From assembly GCA_031408165.1 (NCBI GenBank), contig JANOJK010000540.1:1-30597 (forward strand): 30,597 nucleotides of DNA. Reading direction: 5' to 3'. Made by a program: the position numbers and the translations under genes. This stretch comes from Acidobacteriota bacterium. GTDB lineage: Bacteria > Acidobacteriota > Vicinamibacteria > Vicinamibacterales > 2-12-FULL-66-21. Below are positions 1 through 8,192 of the stretch, piece after piece. Every line of letters begins with the position of its first letter. Positions within the stretch are counted from its first letter, which is position 1. The notes beneath the pieces were generated by a model, which saw only the letters and a program-made list of their open reading frames with translations, was not told where the DNA came from and ran no database searches.

Positions 1-451
1 CATAGAGCGAGGGCGCGATGTTGTCGATATGCGCCGTGCCGCTCGCCACTTCTTCCCCCCGCATCGCGAACTTGAGCAGACGCAGCTTATCCAGCGGTTC
101 GTGGAGCAAGGCGTTGGCCGCGACCACGGCGGCGACGGCGGACGCCGCGGAGCCGCCCAGTCCCGATCCAAGGGGGATGCCCTTGTCGATCGTCAGCTCG
201 AACCCGAAGTCGAGGCCCAGCGCGTCGGCCATCGTCGCGACCGCCATCCCTGCGGTGTTGCGCTCCCACTCGAGCGGCAGATCCGTCACGAGGCCGTGTA
301 TCGCGGCGATGCGGACGCCGCGGGCGGCCGTGCGCACGGCGCGGACGCGATCTCCGGCGCAGGGCGCGCTGTAGCCGAGCACGTCGAAGCCGACGGCCAC
401 GTTGCCGACGCTAGCCGGCGCGAAGGCGATCGCCTGGCCGGGACGCGTCAT
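1..451 (-). CDS. thrB: Homoserine kinase (3' end runs off the window)
   Basis: Manual translation (absent from the ORF track): [26 protein letters not shown]...[21 protein letters not shown]...[10 protein letters not shown]. It has the GHMP-kinase PxGSGLGxSAA motif and the ThrB N-terminal 'PAS..N...GFD' and 'H.DN.AP' motifs. The ATG overlaps the thrA stop (ATGA). Confidence 0.95.
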   Translation of the reverse strand, partial: MTRPGQAIAFAPASVGNVAVGFDVLGYSAPCAGDRVRAVRTAARGVRIAAIHGLVTDLPLEWERNTAGMAVATMADALGLDFGFELTIDKGIPLGSGLGGSAASAVAAVVAANALLHEPLDKLRLLKFAMRGEEVASGTAHIDNIAPSLY

Positions 452-2922
452 AGGTGCGCGCCGAGATACGCGCAGACGCGCAGCAGATCGGCGAAGACGC
501 CGCCCGCGGTGACCGCCGGGCCGGCGCCGGGCCCGCGGACGACCAGCGGATTCCGATCGTAGCGGCTCGTCGTGAAGCTCACGACGTTGTCCGTGAGGCT
601 GATGTTCGCGAACAGATGGGACCGGTCGAGCTCGACGAGCGCGACGGTGGCGCGGCGCGTCTCGGCGTCCAGCCGCCCGACGTAGCGCAGCACGCGACCG
701 CGCGCGCGCGCCGCCTGGAAGCGATCGCGCATGGCCGCGTCAACCTCGGGCACGCGCGCCAGGAACTCGTCTGGGCTGCACGACCGCAGTGACTCCGGCA
801 CGAGTCCTTCGAGGTGCACGTCGCCGAGCTCCAGGTCCAGTCCCATCTCCCGTGCGAGAATGATCAGCTTCCGCGCGACATCGGTGCCGGCCAAATCGTC
901 GCGGGGATCGGGCTCGGTGAAACCCTGCGCCTTCGCCTCGCGGACCAGCGTCGAAAACGGCTGCTCCCCGTCCCAGACATTGAACAGGTACGACAGCGTG
1001 CCGGACAGGACGCCCTCGATCCGCTGGACACGATCGCCGGTCTCGCGCAGATCGCGCAGGGTCTGGATGATCGGCAGCCCGGCGCCGACCGTCGCCTCGT
1101 AGAGGTAGTGCGATCCCCCCGCCCGGCGGGCCTCGCCGAGCGTCCGGTAGAAGGCCAGGTCGGCGCTGCCGGCCTGCTTGTTCGGCGTGACGACGTGGAT
1201 GCCGGCCGCGAGCCATTCGGGGTAATGGCGCGCGACGTCGGCGCTCGCCGTGCAGTCGACAATCACGGCGTGCGGCAGATGGCCGGCATCGACGTGCTCC
1301 ACGAACCGGGCCAGATCCGCAGCGCCGCCGTTCTCGAGCGCCTCGCGCCACTCGGACAGCGGCACGGCGGTGTCGGCCAGCAGCATCTTTCTGGACGTGA
1401 GGATGCCGCGAAGGCGCAGGTCGAGCCTGAAGTCGCGCGTCAGCCGTCCCACCTGCGACGCCAGCTGATCGAGCAGGGCGCTGCCGACAAGTCCGGGGCC
1501 GATCAGGCCGATGGACACCGTGTGCGGCGACAGGTAGAAGCTCGCGTGCACGGCGCCGAGCGCGCGCGCGATCTGCTTCTCGTCGATGACCACCGAGATG
1601 TTGCGCTCTGAGGCGCCCTGCGCGATCGCGCGGACGTTGACGCCGGCGCTCCCGAGCGCCTCGAACAGCTTGGCGGCGATGCCGGGCGTGCCGGCCATCC
1701 CGTCGCCCACCACCGCGAGGATGCTGCAGTCGCGCGTCACGTCGATGCGTTGGATCTGCCCCTGCCGCAGCTCGCGCTCGAAGGCTTCACGGACGACCGC
1801 CGCGGCGCGCTCCGCCTCCGACTGCGCCAGCGCGAAGCAGATCGAATGCTCGGAGCTGCCCTGGGAGATCAGCGAGACCGAGATGCCGTGCTCCCGCAGC
1901 GCGCCGAAGAGCCGCTGCGCGGTGCCCGGGACGCCAATCATGCCGGTGCCTTCGACGTTGACCAGGGCGACCCCATCGATGCTGGTGATGCCCTTGACCG
2001 GATGCGACGACACCGGCTCGGCGCAGATGAGCGTCCCCGCTTTCTCCGGCGCGAAGGTGTTCCGGATCCAGATCGGAATGCCCCGGCTCACGGCGGGCGC
2101 CATGGTCTGCGGGTGAAGGACCTTGGCGCCGAAATACGCCAGCTCCATCGCTTCGTTGTAGGAGAGCGAGTCGATGATCGTGGCATCGGGGACGCGTCGC
2201 GGATCGGCGCTCAGCACCCCGTCGACATCGGTCCAGATGACGATCTCCGAGGCGTCGAGCAGCGCGCCGAAGATCGAGCCGGAAAAGTCGCTGCCGTTCC
2301 GGCCCAGGGTGGTCTGCAGCCCCTCGCGCGTCCGGGCGATGAAGCCGGTGATGACGAGCGTCAGGCTTGCGTCGCGCGGGATGATGCGATCGGCATTGGC
2401 GCGGGACTCGGACCAGAGGACGCTCGGGCCGAGCGGCGCGGCATCGATTTCGACAATCTCCCGCGCGTCGATCCACAGCACCCCGCCGGCGCGCTTCCCC
2501 CGCGCCCGGAGGTAGCGCGTGAACAGACGCGTCGACCAGATCTCGCCATAGCCGGCCAGCAGGTCGCGGACGACAGGAGAGGCGATTCGGAGCAGGCGGA
2601 CGGTCTGCAGGATACCGGCGATGTCGCGGCAGTCGGCGGTGAGACCGTCGATGTATTCGTCGGCGGCCGGCGCCCCGAGCAGGGTGCGTGCGATGCCGAC
2701 ATGCCGCTCCCTGATGGCCTCGAGCCGCGCGGCGTCGCCGTCCTGCAGGCGCTCCGCCGCGTTCACGAGCGTCAGCAGCGCGTCAGTGACGCCACGGCAC
2801 GCCGACAGGACCGCGGCCACGCGGGGCAACGGGTCGTTCTCGAGAATGCGCGCGACCCGTTCCATGCAGGAGGCGTCGGCCACGCTCGAGCCGCCGAACT
2901 TGTGTACACGCCAAGCGTCCAC
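448..2922 (-). CDS. thrA: Bifunctional aspartate kinase / homoserine dehydrogenase I
   Basis: 824 aa. KFGGSSV and [10 protein letters not shown] aspartokinase motifs, ACT region ([25 protein letters not shown]), HSDH Rossmann [37 protein letters not shown]. Translationally coupled to thrB. GTG start. Confidence 0.95.
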   Translation of the reverse strand: MDAWRVHKFGGSSVADASCMERVARILENDPLPRVAAVLSACRGVTDALLTLVNAAERLQDGDAARLEAIRERHVGIARTLLGAPAADEYIDGLTADCRDIAGILQTVRLLRIASPVVRDLLAGYGEIWSTRLFTRYLRARGKRAGGVLWIDAREIVEIDAAPLGPSVLWSESRANADRIIPRDASLTLVITGFIARTREGLQTTLGRNGSDFSGSIFGALLDASEIVIWTDVDGVLSADPRRVPDATIIDSLSYNEAMELAYFGAKVLHPQTMAPAVSRGIPIWIRNTFAPEKAGTLICAEPVSSHPVKGITSIDGVALVNVEGTGMIGVPGTAQRLFGALREHGISVSLISQGSSEHSICFALAQSEAERAAAVVREAFERELRQGQIQRIDVTRDCSILAVVGDGMAGTPGIAAKLFEALGSAGVNVRAIAQGASERNISVVIDEKQIARALGAVHASFYLSPHTVSIGLIGPGLVGSALLDQLASQVGRLTRDFRLDLRLRGILTSRKMLLADTAVPLSEWREALENGGAADLARFVEHVDAGHLPHAVIVDCTASADVARHYPEWLAAGIHVVTPNKQAGSADLAFYRTLGEARRAGGSHYLYEATVGAGLPIIQTLRDLRETGDRVQRIEGVLSGTLSYLFNVWDGEQPFSTLVREAKAQGFTEPDPRDDLAGTDVARKLIILAREMGLDLELGDVHLEGLVPESLRSCSPDEFLARVPEVDAAMRDRFQAARARGRVLRYVGRLDAETRRATVALVELDRSHLFANISLTDNVVSFTTSRYDRNPLVVRGPGAGPAVTAGGVFADLLRVCAYLGAHL

Positions 2923-3033
2923 GTCCGGTTGATAGTCTCACATCGAATCCCGGGATGTCGCTCCGCCCCGTACGGTACCCGCCGCCGCGGGCGAGAAACG
3001 CGATGGTCAACCGCTGGTGGGATTCCGGCGCAC

Positions 3034-4368
3034 TCAGGTCTTGTCCGGCAGCGAATACGGCGCGCGATACGCGCGCCCGAGCAGCCCGTCGGCCTCCGCG
3101 TCCCCGACGAACCGTTCGGCGCTCCCGTCGAACGTGAGCGACCGGCCCAGCCGATACGAGATGTTCCCGAGGTGACAAAGCGCCGTGGAGAAATGCCCAT
3201 CCTCCATCGGCGCGTTGAGGCGCTCGGTCTTGCGCGAGCGCATGCACTCGATGAAGTTCTCGAAGTGGGTCTGCGAGCCGTCGCCTTTTTCGTCGGCCGT
3301 CAGCGTGGCGCCCGGTTCGTTCTTGGCTCCGAGATACACCTGTGCCTTGACGTCGGTGACCTTCATCCATCCCTTCGAACCGTACACGAACACACCCTGC
3401 GCTTCGGGTGGACCGCTGTACCAGTTGCGCAAATCACAGTGCAGCTCGGTTCCATCGGCGTACTGATAGGCCGCGTACTGCGTATTGGGCGTCTTCTGAT
3501 CCGTCGGCGCTCCCGCCTCGTGCAGGCCGCCGACCGAGTATGCCGTCCGCGGATGCTCCTGCTTGCCCAGCAGCCAGCGCACCGCATCGAGCGAGTGGAC
3601 GGCCGTGTTGCCGAGATCGCTGGTGCCGTACTCCCAGAACCAGTGCCAGTGGTAGTGAAAGTGGTTCTCGTTGAACGGCCGCAGCGGTGCCGGTCCGAGC
3701 CACATGTCGTAATGCACGCCCGGGGGAGCGGGACTGTCCGCAACGACGCCGATTGGCTCTCTGGGACGGTAGATGACGGTCTTTGCAGCGTACACCGTCC
3801 CCAGGCCACCGTCGCGCAGGAACTGCACGGCTTTTGCGAGCGTGGCGCCGCTGCGGCGCTGCGTTCCGACCGCGACGATCCGGTTGTAGCGTCGCGCCGC
3901 CTCGACCATCCTGCGGCCTTCGACGATGTTGTGGCTGACCGGCTTCTCGACGTAGACGTCCTTGCCCGCCTGACAGGCCCAGATCGTCATCAGCGCGTGC
4001 CAATGATCCGGGGCCGCGATCGTGATTGCGTCGACGTCACGGTTCTCGAGGACGCGCCGCAGGTCCGTCTCGGTCTTCGGATCGCCGCCCCACCGCTCTT
4101 TCAAGAAGGACAGCGACGTCTTGAAGTGCCGTTCGTCCACGTCGACGACGTGCGTCACCCGGACGTTCTTGATTCGGGAGAGGTATTCGTAGTGATCCTG
4201 GCCGCGGCCGCGGCCCGTCCACGTGGGATGCCCCTTGTTGTCGCCTCGGATGCCGACAACCGCGACGTTGATCGTCTCGTTGGGACTCGTCTGCGCATCG
4301 CTGCGCGCGGGAAGCGCCGCTGCGAGTCCGGCTGCTGCGGTTCTGGAAAGAAAGGCACGACGGTTCAT
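3034..4368 (-). CDS. Tat-exported Gfo/Idh/MocA family oxidoreductase (444 aa)
   Basis: Start corrected to ATG 4368: MNRRAFLSRTAAAGLAAALPARSDA is a twin-arginine signal. Motifs PDHWH, GKDVYVEKP and YDMWLGPAP. The track's 145-aa N-terminal extension overlaps mtrB and is spurious. Confidence 0.9.
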   Translation of the reverse strand: MNRRAFLSRTAAAGLAAALPARSDAQTSPNETINVAVVGIRGDNKGHPTWTGRGRGQDHYEYLSRIKNVRVTHVVDVDERHFKTSLSFLKERWGGDPKTETDLRRVLENRDVDAITIAAPDHWHALMTIWACQAGKDVYVEKPVSHNIVEGRRMVEAARRYNRIVAVGTQRRSGATLAKAVQFLRDGGLGTVYAAKTVIYRPREPIGVVADSPAPPGVHYDMWLGPAPLRPFNENHFHYHWHWFWEYGTSDLGNTAVHSLDAVRWLLGKQEHPRTAYSVGGLHEAGAPTDQKTPNTQYAAYQYADGTELHCDLRNWYSGPPEAQGVFVYGSKGWMKVTDVKAQVYLGAKNEPGATLTADEKGDGSQTHFENFIECMRSRKTERLNAPMEDGHFSTALCHLGNISYRLGRSLTFDGSAERFVGDAEADGLLGRAYRAPYSLPDKT

Positions 4369-4457
4369 CACGGCAGGACCACCTTCCTGAAGCGGCTGAA
4401 TCGTAGCACGGATGGTGCGCGATGGCCGCGGCTCCGGCCGGCTCCGGCGCCGCCTTC

Positions 4458-6755
4458 CTAGAAGCGGTAGTGGAGTCTGGCGAACGCGACGTTGGCCCTG
4501 TAAGGCCCGTCGTTCGCCTTGAGGTAGAAGGCGCCGGTGAGCGGGAAGGTTTCGATGCCGGCCGAGAACGCATCCGCGAAGAAGTACTTCTCGTACCAAT
4601 ACCCGACAGTCAAGCCCCAGGCCCGGGTCACGGTGTAGTCGATCTGGGCGGACACCGTCTGCAGCGTCGTGTCGCTGTAGTTCGTGATGTCCTGGATCCC
4701 GCCGTAGGACGCCCGGGCGAGAGCGAACGACCCGTTCGGGTTGCCGGTGACGTCCATGAGCCCGTCGAGCTTCTGGCGGCGCGCGAAGAGCGTCAGCGCC
4801 CACTTCTCGGGCACGATCCGGAATGTCGCGTTGGCGCCGTAGGTATCGGTCTTGTCGCTGCCGGCGAAGTTGAGGAGGCCGAGCACGGTGGTGCCGCCCG
4901 AGAAGGCCTGCGTCGTGCTGATGTTGTTCTCCCGGGTGTAGTAGACGTTGACCTCGACCCGTTCGCTCGGCGTGAGATCGATCTCGCCGGTGAACGTGTC
5001 GTACTTCGCCACGATCAAACCGTACGCCGTACCGGCGACACCGGGGACCGCGTCCGGGTTCCTGTAGTCGGCGTTGCGGCGGAAATACGCGACCACGAAA
5101 CCGACCCTGCTGTTGGGATTGACTTCCACATCGATGCCGGCGCGGGTCGAATCGCGTCGCTGCTCGTCGGCTTGAAGCCGGGTCGCGTCCGTGACGCCGG
5201 CACCGCTCGCCGTGCGCGACGCGTCGTCCACCGACCCGCGGACGCGCAGCCAGTCGCCGGTGTGGAGGACGGCCGCCAGCGTGACCCCCGTTTCCTTTCC
5301 CGCCTCCGCCTCACGAAAGGTCCGATCGACCTTGTTCTGCCGATAGGCGGCTTCGAAGGTGAACGACTTGATGTCGTAGCTCGCCGACAGGTCGGTTCGC
5401 TTCGACTTCAAGCCGTACGGGCTCGCCGTGAGGTAGCCCAGCGGCTCGGTCGCGAGATTGGTGTTCGAGAAGAGCCTGTCAGGGGACGCCGAGAAGCTGC
5501 CGATGCGGGGGATGACCGGCGTCTTGTTGTCGAGATCGTAGTGGCGGTAGCGCGCCCGCAGCCCGAGGCCCGCGATCGGCCGGCTCGAGAAGATGAACTT
5601 CAGCGACGTGGTGTCGATCTTCCCGTTGAGCGACTGGAACTGGAGCGACGCCAGGCTGTCGCCCGGCGCCCCGGTGCTGGTCACCGCCCTGGAGAAGATC
5701 GTGTACGGGTACAGCTGAGCGTTCTGTGTCCAGCGGCCGAACGCCGCGTCGGCTCCAAGCCGGGTCTGTCGCGCGAGCTTCAGCAGGCCGCCGAACGAAC
5801 CCGTGTTGGCGGCGTTGTCGGGCGGGTTGATGAAGAGCGCCCTCGACGTGCCGCCGGTGGCCGGAATCGCACCCGCGGCAGGCACGAAGGCCTGATCGAA
5901 CGCCACGAGCGGGTTGTCGACGATGAGCGTTTCCTGGCGATCGTTGTACCAGTTGCGGTTCAGTCCCCCGTGCACGTTCCCCCACCGCCGATTGAGCGCC
6001 AGCCTGACTCCGACATCCTGCATCACTTCGTTCAGCGGCTCGGGAACTTCGACGATGTTGTCGGAGAAGCCCCTGATGGTGCCGCCGCCGGCGCCGCGCG
6101 TGCCGGTCTTGACCTCGCGCAGGTAGCTCACCGCCAGATCGAACGGCAGATTCTGTCCGAAGCTGACCTCGACGTTGCCGCGCCTGCGCAGGCTCGCGAG
6201 ATCGACGAACCCGGCGGACGCGATCGTCGGCGCGTAGAGCGTCGAGAAGAAGTCGTAGTTGCGCGTCGCCGTTGGCACCCGGGCGTTGACTCTGTCCCCG
6301 AGCGCCTGACGCAGCGTTGCGTTCATGCCCCAGACGCCTGGTGCCAGTTGCGTCATGATCGTTCGGCCGCCGTTGCCCATGGCGTGGGGAATCTGGTTGT
6401 AGTCGAATGACACGCCGGCCCAGTCCGTGCTCGCCCATCCTGTATAGCGCTGATCGGACTGGGAGAGGTTCCGGCTGAACAGCGCGAAGTCGGTGCCCTT
6501 GTTGCGCCCCGCGAGCGTGAACATCGGCATGGAGACGCCCTTCGGGACGATTCGGTACTCCTCGAACTTGGATGACGCCACGTTGTCTCGGCCGAGCAGC
6601 AGCAGGCTGGCACCGCCCTCGAACCAGTTCGACGAGGTGTCGTCTGTCGCTGGGGGAGGGGACGGCGCCGCGGGCGCCGTCTGACCGAAGACCGGGGCAC
6701 TCACGGCGAGGATGCCGCAACTGAACGCCACAAGGAACAGGGGGGTATCCTTCAT
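4458..6755 (-). CDS. mtrB: MtrB/PioB family outer-membrane beta-barrel (porin of a porin-cytochrome conduit), 765 aa
   Basis: Start corrected to ATG 6755 (GAGG upstream, 2 nt after the mtrA stop). Signal peptide MKDTPLFLVAFSCGILAVSAPVFG, amphipathic beta-strand pattern, C-terminal ...LHYRF aromatic BAM signal, FEEYR near the N-terminus. Directly downstream of a decaheme cytochrome. Confidence 0.88.
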   Translation of the reverse strand: MKDTPLFLVAFSCGILAVSAPVFGQTAPAAPSPPPATDDTSSNWFEGGASLLLLGRDNVASSKFEEYRIVPKGVSMPMFTLAGRNKGTDFALFSRNLSQSDQRYTGWASTDWAGVSFDYNQIPHAMGNGGRTIMTQLAPGVWGMNATLRQALGDRVNARVPTATRNYDFFSTLYAPTIASAGFVDLASLRRRGNVEVSFGQNLPFDLAVSYLREVKTGTRGAGGGTIRGFSDNIVEVPEPLNEVMQDVGVRLALNRRWGNVHGGLNRNWYNDRQETLIVDNPLVAFDQAFVPAAGAIPATGGTSRALFINPPDNAANTGSFGGLLKLARQTRLGADAAFGRWTQNAQLYPYTIFSRAVTSTGAPGDSLASLQFQSLNGKIDTTSLKFIFSSRPIAGLGLRARYRHYDLDNKTPVIPRIGSFSASPDRLFSNTNLATEPLGYLTASPYGLKSKRTDLSASYDIKSFTFEAAYRQNKVDRTFREAEAGKETGVTLAAVLHTGDWLRVRGSVDDASRTASGAGVTDATRLQADEQRRDSTRAGIDVEVNPNSRVGFVVAYFRRNADYRNPDAVPGVAGTAYGLIVAKYDTFTGEIDLTPSERVEVNVYYTRENNISTTQAFSGGTTVLGLLNFAGSDKTDTYGANATFRIVPEKWALTLFARRQKLDGLMDVTGNPNGSFALARASYGGIQDITNYSDTTLQTVSAQIDYTVTRAWGLTVGYWYEKYFFADAFSAGIETFPLTGAFYLKANDGPYRANVAFARLHYRF

Positions 6756-6757
6756 GG

Positions 6758-7699
6758 CTACCTCACAAAGTACGCGCCCGAAGGTGAGTTCGAGCCGTGG
6801 ATGGCGAGGTGACATTGCTTGCAGCCACGTTCAGTGTTGCGTGAGCTCCGGGTCACCGTGCTGCCGGGGGGCGCGACCGGCAACCCCTCGAGCGAGCTCA
6901 GGTTGTCGGCCGTCAGCCCGTGGCCGGAGAAGTGACACCGCTGGCAGAGAAACGGCGTCTTGGCCACGAGAAGCCGTTCGTGGTTCGACCCATGCGGATC
7001 GTGGCACGTCACGCACTCTTCACGCACGGGCGCGTGTTCGTAGAGGAACGGCCCGCGCTTCTCGGTATGGCACTGGTAGCACTTCTCGTTGATCGAGTTG
7101 GCCGAGATCATTTTCGGGTTGGTCCCGTCGTGCGGGTTGTGACAGCTCGAGCAGCTCATCTTCCCTTCGCGCAACGGGTGGTGAGAGGTGCGCATCGACT
7201 TGGCGCGCTCGGACTTGTGGCACGTGAAGCAGGTCTCGGGGTCGGCCGCCGTCTTCAGCTGCGCCTTCGGCGACTTGAAGCTGTGGATGCTGTGGCACGT
7301 CGTGCAGGACACGTTTCTGCGCGCGTGCATGCTGCTCATGAAGCTGGCCTGATTGTCCTTCTCGTGGCACGTCAGGCACGTGTCGTTGATCTGCTTCGGG
7401 CTCAGGCTCTTGAAGGACGGAACCGGCCCCTTTTCGCCCGCCGACTGAGTCCTGGCGTGCTCGGCGACGTCGGAGTGACAGCTCGAGCAGTTCTGTTCGA
7501 TCCGGGCGTGCTTGCTCTGCTGGAAGGTCGAGGATGGACCCACGGCCTTCTCGTGACAGACCTTGCACTCGGCAGGGTCCCATTGCCCCGGGGCTTTCGG
7601 TGGCACTGCCTGCGCGGCGGTCTGAAGGCCTCCGACCAGAGCGACGGTCCCTCCGAGCAGAAGGGCCGATACACCGAGCACGCACAGACCAAGTCGCAT
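6758..7699 (-). CDS. mtrA: MtrA/DmsE family periplasmic decaheme cytochrome c
   Basis: Signal peptide plus exactly 10 CxxCH (CKVCH, CSSCH, CLTCH, CTTCH, CFTCH, CSSCH, CYQCH, CVTCH, CQRCH, CKQCH). Family motifs EKRGPFLYEHAPV, CHDPHGS and the C-terminal IHGSNSPSG..F.R. Confidence 0.95.
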   Translation of the reverse strand: MRLGLCVLGVSALLLGGTVALVGGLQTAAQAVPPKAPGQWDPAECKVCHEKAVGPSSTFQQSKHARIEQNCSSCHSDVAEHARTQSAGEKGPVPSFKSLSPKQINDTCLTCHEKDNQASFMSSMHARRNVSCTTCHSIHSFKSPKAQLKTAADPETCFTCHKSERAKSMRTSHHPLREGKMSCSSCHNPHDGTNPKMISANSINEKCYQCHTEKRGPFLYEHAPVREECVTCHDPHGSNHERLLVAKTPFLCQRCHFSGHGLTADNLSSLEGLPVAPPGSTVTRSSRNTERGCKQCHLAIHGSNSPSGAYFVR

Positions 7700-7790
7700 A
7701 GGCAGCCTTTCCAGGCGATTGTCATCGCATCACCGACGCGTCGAACACGGCCGCGAGGCCCGGCGGACAGTGTGGGAACGGGCGCCCCAG

Positions 7791-7806
7791 AGCAACATCA
7801 GTGCCG
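7791..7806 (-). promoter_or_regulatory. Sigma54 -24/-12 promoter for mtrA-mtrB
   Basis: The minus strand reads CGGCAC-TGATG-TTGCT: GG-N10-GC, matching TGGCAC-N5-TTGC. Correct orientation, about 90 nt upstream of the mtrA start. Confidence 0.7.
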
Positions 7807-7927
7807 CCGGTCGTCATCGGATCGTTTCAGCGGGATTCAGGAAGCAATCTGCGGGACCGTCGGACCTGCGGGAAAGGCAGAGTCGGCTTTCCCAACGCGA
7901 ACAACCGGGTACACCGCGGCGCCGCGT

Positions 7928-7937
7928 CGGGAACCCG
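7928..7937. promoter_or_regulatory. Palindromic motif CGG-RAAY-CCG, copy 1 (candidate activator site)
   Basis: CGGGAACCCG in the mtrA/hypF divergent intergenic region. The same 10-mer pattern recurs upstream of three other sigma54 promoters. Confidence 0.45.
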
Positions 7938-8086
7938 TCGTCACCTGCCCCTCGACACCGCTCATGCACAGGAAGAGCATGAACAACGGGCCGGATCGCG
8001 GGCCACGCGCCGCCCCGAGCACGGGCCGATTTCCCGGGCCCGGAATCCGCCCCACCCCTCCGCGAAGTAGTCCCCCGCGCCCCCGC

Positions 8087-8096
8087 CGGAAACCCG
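8087..8096. promoter_or_regulatory. Palindromic motif CGG-RAAY-CCG, copy 2
   Basis: CGGAAACCCG within GCCGGAAACCCGGCA (8085-8099), which matches 16469-16483 at 14 of 15 positions. About 60 nt upstream of the hypF -24 box. Confidence 0.5.
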
Positions 8097-8158
8097 GCAC
8101 GGGCCCCCGATCACCCGGCCATCCACCCGTTCTGCCGCTGAAAGCGCTCCTGCCTCCG

Positions 8159-8174
8159 TGGCACCGGCCTTGCC
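8159..8174 (+). promoter_or_regulatory. Sigma54 -24/-12 promoter for the hyp operon
   Basis: TGGCAC-CGGCC-TTGCC is a near-consensus match with exact GG-N10-GC spacing, just upstream of hypF. Confidence 0.8.
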
Positions 8175-8192
8175 ACCCATCGGATCACCCTC

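Noticed and set aside
2923-3033. Thr attenuator or riboswitch upstream of thrA
   Set aside because: There is no Thr/Ile-rich leader peptide and no recognisable riboswitch core. Only short GC hairpins without a U-tract are present.
1750-4461. 903-aa plus-strand ORF, and similar long ORFs at 4422-6410 (+), 7962-10442 (-), 18620-20215 (-), 22759-24984 (-), 25003-26433 (-) and 26563-28473 (-)
   Set aside because: These are antisense shadows of well-supported genes, expected in GC-rich DNA where stops are scarce. They carry no motifs.
4369-4803. N-terminal extension of the Gfo/Idh/MocA ORF (and similar extensions on mtrB, hypC, hypD, hypE, hypB, cytochrome c, cytochrome b, ImcH-like, BON, maf and ccmC in the track)
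   Set aside because: These overlap neighbouring genes or promoters. Downstream starts give proper signal peptides or motifs, SD sites and stop/start coupling.
7715-7735. FNR/CRP-like site (TGTCA-N5-TCACC) upstream of mtrA
   Set aside because: Wrong spacer length and several mismatches. I also found no convincing FNR, Rex or IHF site in the other promoter regions.
7870-7982. Inverted repeats GGGAAAG-N10-CTTTCCC (7870-7893) and TCATGC-N9-GCATGA (7962-7982)
   Set aside because: These are single occurrences not repeated at the other promoters. They could be operator sites, but nothing else supports that.
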